From IMG/VR virus record IMGVR_UViG_3300008261_000124, positions 1-60,271 of that record: DNA of 60,271 nucleotides. One strand, written 5' to 3'. The translations under genes were made by a program, and so were the position numbers. Below, piece by piece: positions 54,401 through 60,271 of the stretch. The DNA comes from a virus. Taxonomy: Duplodnaviria > Caudoviricetes. Numbering within the stretch: position 1 is the stretch's first letter; each line of letters opens with the position of its first letter. Under the pieces are notes generated by a model. It worked only from the letters and a program-made list of their open reading frames with translations, made no database searches and had not been told where the DNA came from.

Positions 54401-56690
54401 ATTTTGCTATTTTATTAGCAAGTCCTGAAAAACTCTGAGTCATCTTTTCCATTCTTTCAGACAAATTAGTCAAAGAATGTTTTGAAAATATTAAATCTTT
54501 TTTAGCCTGTTCCCATGCTTGATAAGCTATAAGATTAGCTCTAAATAAAGGATTGTTAGAATCATATTGTTTAAAGTTGAATGGGTTAGGCATTTCATTA
54601 GAAACACTTTCATAAGTATTTCTTATGCTTTCTGCTCTAGAAATTACTTTATCAATATATTTTAAAGCCTGGTTACCATCTTCAATTCCATATTCTTTAA
54701 AAGCATCTTTAGCTTCTTCTGGACTTAAGTTTTTATAGTCTTTGATTTTATTAAGAATGATATCATATTTACCTGTTCTTAAAGCTGTATGTATATGTTC
54801 AAACACAGCTTCATCTTTAATATCTCTTGCTGTTTTTGCATCACCATTTTCTAATGCTTCACTAAGGTCATCAGCCATTTTTTGCTGTTTAACAGCATTA
54901 GCAAGATCTGGAGCCAAGTATGTAACAGCATTTTTATAAAAATCATTTAAGCTATCAACTTCTGTTTTTCTTTGAGCATCTCTTGCAGCTTTTGCTTCTT
55001 TTATTTTTTCTCTATCTTTAAATGCAACAGCTTTAGAGATAGCATAAGAAGGTGCAGACATTACAGGAGATGCAAACATACTCATTGCAAAACCACTGGC
55101 AAAAGTTTCAGCTCCTTGTGCAGAAAACTGATCACTTAAACCTTTCATAAAATATCCCATGTAACCTTCATAGTCAGCTCTTGCTGGATCTTTATACATA
55201 GCGATTGCTTGTTCTGCAGAACCTTTAGAAATAGCTTCTTGTATATTTTCTTGAATACCCTCTGCAAAGTTTCCTTTTAAATAATTATAAGCATATCTAC
55301 CATATACTTTAGGATCTTTTAAAGCTTTAGCTGCTACTTTAGCTCTATTGAAAAAACCTTCTCCGGCTTCAACAAATGTCTTTTTATCAAAAAGTATATC
55401 ATCACTAAATTTAACAAGATTCTTTTTTAAAAGTTTATCTACAGGAGCAAACATACTATTGTAGAAAAATTTATTACTCCACATAATAGCTGGCATATTA
55501 TATAATGCAGTCTTATATGATTGTGTATTAGCAATATTTTCTATTTTTTGTAATTCTTCTCCAGTAGGATCAACCCCGTGTTCATCTCTATATTGTTTAA
55601 TCAAATCTTCTGTAACATCTATCTTGGTCATACCACCTTCAAGCTTTGCTTCAGATACGGCAGCTTTAGTCATCATTACATCTCTAGCAAAACCACCAAA
55701 GGTTCCTACCATTTTTGCATAGTCTGTAGCATAGTCCGTAGCTTTTAAAGCTTGCATAGTATTTTCTAATGGATTAACCATTGTACCAATACCACTTGTT
55801 ATTTTCCCAGCTCTAGTATTCCAAAATGATCTTGCATCAGATACATTGTTTATAGCTCTAAACTCATCAGTAGCTTTACCGGCAGCTTTAGCAGTATCTG
55901 TTATCTTATCACCAACTTTTAATCCTTCAGCTATTTTTTCTGCAGCTTTTCCTGTTCTTGTAAAAATAGAAGGTAATGTAACTTCAGAACTTAAACCTCC
56001 GGTAGCAACAGTAGCTGCTGTCAAGGCTAAATCCTCAGCTAACATTTCTAAACCTATACCAATACTATATCCAGAGTTAAGAAATGTATTAGTTAAAAAT
56101 CCACCAACCCCTCCTTTTGTAGAAGAACCAATCTCCATAGCCCTCTGCATTTCTCTAGCATTTTTAACATCTGGAGCTAAAGGATCTGTAAACATATCAC
56201 CCCAAGTACTAACACCAGATTTTATACCAGTCCAAACTAAAGATGGCCATTGACTAGCTGCTCTAACAAACTCATCTCCAAAAGTCATGTTATCATTATA
56301 AAGACTTTCATTATCTCTATATGGAGAAAAACCAAGATCTTTATATGGTTTAGAGTTATAATATCTTTCAAAATTAGCACCATCAAAATCTCCACTATAA
56401 CTATAAGGTCTCATTATAGAGTAGTCATTTTGTGGAGTTTTACCTAATTTTTCAACAGCAGCATCTAAGTAAGAAACATTTTCTCTACCTGGATTACTAC
56501 CTGATAAAGGGTTCCCAACTACATACTTATAAATATCACTACTTGCTGGTTTAGCAGGCATTGTTACTTTTTGAGTTTCTAAAGAACTCAAAGCATTATC
56601 TAAATAATCTACATTTTGAGTAGAAGGAGATATTGTCTCAGCTGTAGGTTGTTCTACTACCTCCTGAGATTGATTAATTTCTTCTGCCAT
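51474..56690 (-). CDS. giant virion/ejection protein with a PD-(D/E)xK nuclease-like domain (1738 aa)
   Basis: Gly/Ala-rich N-half with EGIQENIQE; RGNVVD..AGELDLLVID..IYDIKT..YTLQLSIY. Confidence 0.75.
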   Translation of the reverse strand: MAEEINQSQEVVEQPTAETISPSTQNVDYLDNALSSLETQKVTMPAKPASSDIYKYVVGNPLSGSNPGRENVSYLDAAVEKLGKTPQNDYSIMRPYSYSGDFDGANFERYYNSKPYKDLGFSPYRDNESLYNDNMTFGDEFVRAASQWPSLVWTGIKSGVSTWGDMFTDPLAPDVKNAREMQRAMEIGSSTKGGVGGFLTNTFLNSGYSIGIGLEMLAEDLALTAATVATGGLSSEVTLPSIFTRTGKAAEKIAEGLKVGDKITDTAKAAGKATDEFRAINNVSDARSFWNTRAGKITSGIGTMVNPLENTMQALKATDYATDYAKMVGTFGGFARDVMMTKAAVSEAKLEGGMTKIDVTEDLIKQYRDEHGVDPTGEELQKIENIANTQSYKTALYNMPAIMWSNKFFYNSMFAPVDKLLKKNLVKFSDDILFDKKTFVEAGEGFFNRAKVAAKALKDPKVYGRYAYNYLKGNFAEGIQENIQEAISKGSAEQAIAMYKDPARADYEGYMGYFMKGLSDQFSAQGAETFASGFAMSMFASPVMSAPSYAISKAVAFKDREKIKEAKAARDAQRKTEVDSLNDFYKNAVTYLAPDLANAVKQQKMADDLSEALENGDAKTARDIKDEAVFEHIHTALRTGKYDIILNKIKDYKNLSPEEAKDAFKEYGIEDGNQALKYIDKVISRAESIRNTYESVSNEMPNPFNFKQYDSNNPLFRANLIAYQAWEQAKKDLIFSKHSLTNLSERMEKMTQSFSGLANKIAKSDAQTFMSLMSNQGTIQEINTLKKEIAVLDESIPEQKKVKKQKTERLELIEKFYDTASKIKFGESSEVIEEAKKEAKKDFNKILKYLAGDNNSMVLDSTIDEAYQLVLDHMLLGEESKSLVKSINVLSNPEGFLSVQKRLQNVFGTIISDKENVLKYNNDVFTGRRELNIILNEIYKNTGLILKPEDLKAIKNAVVNGTEIPNITGFIDKNKEQDISPDDARYKVAMKVWEDHLDLLEKAEQVKREAKKSEATKEKQEGINPDDPSTYPQELIDKLVEDYEYKKSEGYIDPETSFQEWLTSDPTVRPIVNKYIKTQEKVKEVDVFADKTLDELKAEYDVLSKKKDLTEDEQNMLLNLENAIAIKELQAAMSPEQLAALKKLEAISKDAKKKDDQSGYVVAGEDYNLRATKLKDRILKEIYGIQEFNYAETSGKLLVEYYEKALKDISLKSKYKLEYAKNLINSIIDRLEKEKIKTYKDRLSQNKINKLIDAVSKDESVENFKKTLNDIIYSEAKDRGNVVDELARDFFDGKPIRKPKSVSEAAYRGIVDALTKVREKLKERGEIIVAKNVVPFGRYNVKGKEEKVAGELDLLVIDKDGNFKIYDIKTAGDWTKFGTEKDSFKKKEAYTLQLSIYKKMIEDLLGIQVKKLALLPIEVKGDLDGNILEAVDAFDAKNATITYDKVVEDYLQPIGKEVIETTPSPLPISTSTEAAIEEEPSEVTVSTLTFAQPVDTQAFNDMSIEEKFKALSSELQGDSALTGTFSIGDYGTYTDQSYQITLDDGRVVRVIPNYDLSKTTTVQPVGEKFAIKKITKEIEGKLREVLAIYRFDKDGNIKSQNFGYVRENTPSKEFKSETVTLESINKNINVDNLTIAKERGYEVLYTPFGQVTPNPYKISKINKKTVTLSSPISGDVTIKIEDLSTVIQGVVDPKSINVTTEDNDTILENKKSIVQNQTVYNNKLTKEEAKNNFINKLC

Positions 56691-56695
56691 TTATA

Positions 56696-58420
56696 TTATT
56701 TATTAAGTAATTTCTTATTGCTTTCAGAAGCAAGTCTTAATCCTTCTAACATCATTTGTTCAGAGGTGCTAATATCAGAAATAGAAATGGTTTTAGGTGA
56801 AAGAGATTCAGTAACAAGTTCTCCATTTCTAACTACTTTTTTATCAGTTACTACTTTTACAGTTCCTGATCTTTCATCATAATCTGTAAATCTTACTGTT
56901 CCACCATAGTCTGAAAATACATCAATATCTACATCTTTACCACTTCTAAGTATTGTTTCAGTATTAGTCATTTTAGTAGCTTCAATAATATTACTTTTAA
57001 TCATATCCTTATTAAAAAATAATGTAATACCATCAGCTAATATTTTATCTCTTTTAACAGCAAGATCACCTTTTTCTTTACTTCCTAAAACTTCTTCAAG
57101 AAAATCTTTTGGTAATTTTAAACTCATAGAACCTACATTTTCTTTTTCTGCAGCAATAGCAGATAATAATGCAGAAATAGTAGGTTTGTCTTTATCTTTA
57201 GAATTAACTTTTCTTACAAGAGCTTCTAATACCATTTTAGCAGTTTCATCTTGATCTGTATCTTCATACGTTTCTCTATCATTAGATGAACCTATTACAA
57301 TTTTAGCACCACCCGGATTTGATATAGCTTCATTAATAGTACTAACAACATCAGCAGAAGGACCAGTTCTAGTTTTTAGATCTAATGCACTGTAATTTAA
57401 ACCTCTTGCAGATATGTTACCCTGTCCACTAAGTCCGGCTCCTGTATTAAAAGTTTTAGATGTAGTATTATAAGTTATATAAAATTGATCTTGTAAAGCT
57501 TCATAAACATCTTGAGCATCACTTGCATCTGCATCATAATTACCAGCAGCATATTCTCTTTTTATATAATCTTCAATAAAACTTTTAGGGGCATCTTCAT
57601 TATGACCTATAAATGATCCACTTTTTGTTAAAAGTAAATCAGCATATTTAGCAGCTTTATTATCTTCTGTAGCTTTAGATTTAATAAGGTTTACAACTTT
57701 TTTATTAGCATCAAGAGCATTTACCATTTTAGCTACATAAGCATCATGACCTTTTTTAACATGATATGCAACTTCTTTTGCTTTAGAACCTCCTACAAAA
57801 TCTTGTGCCCAGCCTGTATCACCAGACGGATTTTTCTTTTGATCTAATTGAGTAAGTGTATTACTAAAAAGCTGATAATAGTTACCTTTCTTTATATTTC
57901 TTTCTAATGATTTAGGATCAGTTATTTTATTCCAATTATCACCAAAGTTATCTTTTAAATACTGTTTAGCACCAGGTGCATTAGAATTTTTAGCTTTGGT
58001 AAATACTTCATATAAATAACTTAAAGCTCCATTTTTTGAATCAGCTTCAGATGCAAAAGCTTCTCTTCTAGTTCTTTGATACATCATTTCAGGAGTTTCT
58101 TTTAAATCATAAGAAACAGTAGAACCAGGAGTTGCTTCTACTTCAGTAGCTCCTGTAGTAAAATCTCCAGCAGGACTAGGTAATGTACCATTTTTAACAC
58201 CTTCTTCTATTTCTTTTAAACTAACATCATAACCATATTTAATCTTCATCTCTTCTACATTAATAGCAAACTTTTGAAGATTTTCATCTTTTCTTAAACT
58301 ACTTGCAAGAACTAGTTCACTCTTTTGTGCAGCAGATCTAGCACTTATTTCTCCATAAGGATTTGCTTTAATAGTTCTTGTTTCACCTCTTTTAGATAAG
58401 TTTTCAGCAAGACTGTCCAT
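56696..58420 (-). CDS. virion protein, probable C-terminal part of a gene disrupted near 58465
   Basis: Frame stays open upstream to about 58471, overlapping the stop of 58465-59376. Confidence 0.65.
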   Translation of the reverse strand: MDSLAENLSKRGETRTIKANPYGEISARSAAQKSELVLASSLRKDENLQKFAINVEEMKIKYGYDVSLKEIEEGVKNGTLPSPAGDFTTGATEVEATPGSTVSYDLKETPEMMYQRTRREAFASEADSKNGALSYLYEVFTKAKNSNAPGAKQYLKDNFGDNWNKITDPKSLERNIKKGNYYQLFSNTLTQLDQKKNPSGDTGWAQDFVGGSKAKEVAYHVKKGHDAYVAKMVNALDANKKVVNLIKSKATEDNKAAKYADLLLTKSGSFIGHNEDAPKSFIEDYIKREYAAGNYDADASDAQDVYEALQDQFYITYNTTSKTFNTGAGLSGQGNISARGLNYSALDLKTRTGPSADVVSTINEAISNPGGAKIVIGSSNDRETYEDTDQDETAKMVLEALVRKVNSKDKDKPTISALLSAIAAEKENVGSMSLKLPKDFLEEVLGSKEKGDLAVKRDKILADGITLFFNKDMIKSNIIEATKMTNTETILRSGKDVDIDVFSDYGGTVRFTDYDERSGTVKVVTDKKVVRNGELVTESLSPKTISISDISTSEQMMLEGLRLASESNKKLLNK

Positions 58421-58464
58421 GTCTTTAAATTCTAAAGCACTAGCATTTGCTATGATTGCTTTAT

Positions 58465-59376
58465 TTAAAGTTTACCAGTTTTTTCTTTTTTCTTTTCAAG
58501 TTCTAATATTCTATTATTAACTTGAGCATAATTATCACTTACATATTTATACTTTTTATTAATGTCTTCTAGACCTTGATTAAAAACTTTAGTAGCATAA
58601 GCCTGTTCTGAAGCTTCTCTAGAACCATGAATATTAATACCATTTCTTATATTATCTTCTATATCAACATAAGACATAGTTCTGTAATTTTCTTCTATTC
58701 TTGGATCATTACCATATACACTTTTAAATACTCCTAAAAGACCATCTTTAATAAGTTTTCCATTTTTGTCAGTAACTATCCATTGTCCACTTACAGTATC
58801 TTTTTCAGCATTAAATCCTTTATCCATAACAAGTTTCATAGCTTTTTCTTGCCACGGAACATAAGAATCATAAGGATCTAATTTAAAATTTACAGCTTCA
58901 TTAGCTGAAAGATTTTTATACTTCTCCATTTGATACTGCATTTTTTTTACACCAGCATCCCAATATAATCCTCCACACTTATCAGCATCTACACAACCTT
59001 TTAAAGATTCAGCTTTTTGTAACTGAGAGTTAAACTTTTTAGTAGTAACCATATCATGAACCATATTTTGGTCATCATAAAATCCTTGAAATACATTTAA
59101 AGCTTGATCAAGATTTTCTTGTCTAGACAAATCTAATCCTGCAATTCTTTGAATATCTCCATTGATTACTTTAAAAAATTCTTCTCTTCTTTTAATATTG
59201 TCTTCTCTAGACATAGGCGAGTATAAAAGACTTCCATATAAATCATTTACTTTCTTTTTTGCTGCATCATACTTTGTTTGCTTAGTTTGCATAACATTAG
59301 CAAAAAAGTTAAGATCAGGTTGAAAAGGTTGGATTTGTGGAATGTAGTCTGTTAAACCCTGTATATATGTAGCCAT
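58465..59376 (-). CDS. virion protein (MATYIQG.. N-terminus), probable N-terminal part
   Basis: ORF track, 303 aa. Confidence 0.7.
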   Translation of the reverse strand: MATYIQGLTDYIPQIQPFQPDLNFFANVMQTKQTKYDAAKKKVNDLYGSLLYSPMSREDNIKRREEFFKVINGDIQRIAGLDLSRQENLDQALNVFQGFYDDQNMVHDMVTTKKFNSQLQKAESLKGCVDADKCGGLYWDAGVKKMQYQMEKYKNLSANEAVNFKLDPYDSYVPWQEKAMKLVMDKGFNAEKDTVSGQWIVTDKNGKLIKDGLLGVFKSVYGNDPRIEENYRTMSYVDIEDNIRNGINIHGSREASEQAYATKVFNQGLEDINKKYKYVSDNYAQVNNRILELEKKKEKTGKL

Positions 59377-59462
59377 GTTTGTTTTTAATTGAGTTACATT
59401 AACTTTATAATATAAATATATTTAAAATTTTATATGTTTAATACACTTATAAAGTTTATTTA

Positions 59463-60271
59463 TTAAGTATAAGCTTGTTGCGATAAATAATCTCCCCTAT
59501 CATCAGCTTCATTTTTTGAACTAGATCCTCTTCCAGTTAAAATTTTTATAGCTTCATCTCTTGTAAATCCTTGATCCATAAGACTTTTTAATTCATCTCC
59601 CATAGTTTTTGATGGTTGATTTGGAGTAGGTACAAAATAAGGATTGAATCCTATCATACCACCTGTTGAAGGATCAGTATAATAATTATCATATAAAGTA
59701 TTTAAAGCTTGAGCTTTAGCTCTATTTGTTATTGCATCAATATAAGATTGTCTTACATTTTGCCTAGCTAAATTTTTTGAATTATCAAACTGTTGATTCA
59801 TAACTGTATATTTATCATACAATTGAGTATCTAAGTTAGCTTTATTTTGTGCTGCTGCATTAAGAATATCAGTTCTTTCTTTATTAAATTGATTAGCTAA
59901 ACCAACATTAAGATTATTATATCTTGCCATAATATCAGCAGCATTTTTTAAAGCTTGACCTTGAATAGAAGATGATCTAGCAGATAAAGCTTGTGGTCCT
60001 GTAAAAGCTGCCATACCTTGTGTTTGTATATTAGCTTGTTCAGCATTAGCACCTAATTCACGGGTAGGATCATAAAATGTTACCTCAGGTAAATATACTT
60101 GAGGAGTTGCTTGCCATGGTTGATATCTTTTTACTCTAGCTAAATCTCCAGCAGCACCGGCAATTTTAACAATGTCTTGTAACCACCAAGGATGATAAGG
60201 AGTACCTGGTTGTTGAGCAGGAGTAAACCTTTTAAATTCTTCTTTAGGTTTTTCTTCTTTAGGTTTTTCTT
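59463..60271 (-). CDS. virion protein, 5' partial
   Basis: Frame is open from the window edge (EKPKEEKPKEEF..WWLQD..YDPTRELGANAEQ) into the track ORF 59463-60014. Confidence 0.75.
   Translation of the reverse strand, partial: EKPKEEKPKEEFKRFTPAQQPGTPYHPWWLQDIVKIAGAAGDLARVKRYQPWQATPQVYLPEVTFYDPTRELGANAEQANIQTQGMAAFTGPQALSARSSSIQGQALKNAADIMARYNNLNVGLANQFNKERTDILNAAAQNKANLDTQLYDKYTVMNQQFDNSKNLARQNVRQSYIDAITNRAKAQALNTLYDNYYTDPSTGGMIGFNPYFVPTPNQPSKTMGDELKSLMDQGFTRDEAIKILTGRGSSSKNEADDRGDYLSQQAYT

Noticed and set aside
36256-56882. Short + strand ORFs inside the giant - strand genes, and short - strand ORFs inside + genes elsewhere (e.g. 2466, 5866, 11420, 19271, 31287)
   Set aside because: Antisense shadows of well-supported genes with biased, non-protein-like composition
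58465-58500. Programmed +1 frameshift at CTT TAA, or -1 slip in the A runs
   Set aside because: The +1 frame stops immediately (TTT AAA TAA); a -1 slip in the A runs meets TAA before the open frame
59401-59456. 10-bp inverted repeat AACTTTATAA/TTATAAAGTT as a late promoter or operator
   Set aside because: Very AT-rich context and single occurrence; could arise by chance

Overview
This window is an AT-rich fragment of a large crAss-like (Crassvirales-type) phage genome, probably infecting a Bacteroidota host (TAnnTTTG promoter boxes, no Shine-Dalgarno sites evident, standard genetic code). Layout: 1-586 is a TA-rich non-coding region; 587-1945 is a dense array of structured RNAs, including three tRNA-like shells with long variable inserts. 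1969-34446 holds mostly + strand early and replication genes: ThyX, a spore photoproduct lyase-like radical SAM enzyme, SF2 helicase, ClpS, UDG, DnaB, RecT-like protein, SSB, primase, a VWA-metallopeptidase/MoxR module with a group I intron in each gene, a PD-(D/E)xK nuclease, a family B DNA polymerase split by a free-standing GIY-YIG gene, and a MazG-like enzyme. 34485-60271 holds - strand giant virion/ejection proteins, including a 3531-aa virion RNA polymerase. Most notable observations: (1) four consecutive giant virion proteins have cysteines only at the termini that face a neighbouring gene product, suggesting a disulfide daisy chain; (2) the tRNA-scaffold RNA array; (3) the intron-less split PolB. 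Several apparent deletions/frameshifts may be assembly artefacts. All calls are by eye from motifs; no searches were run.
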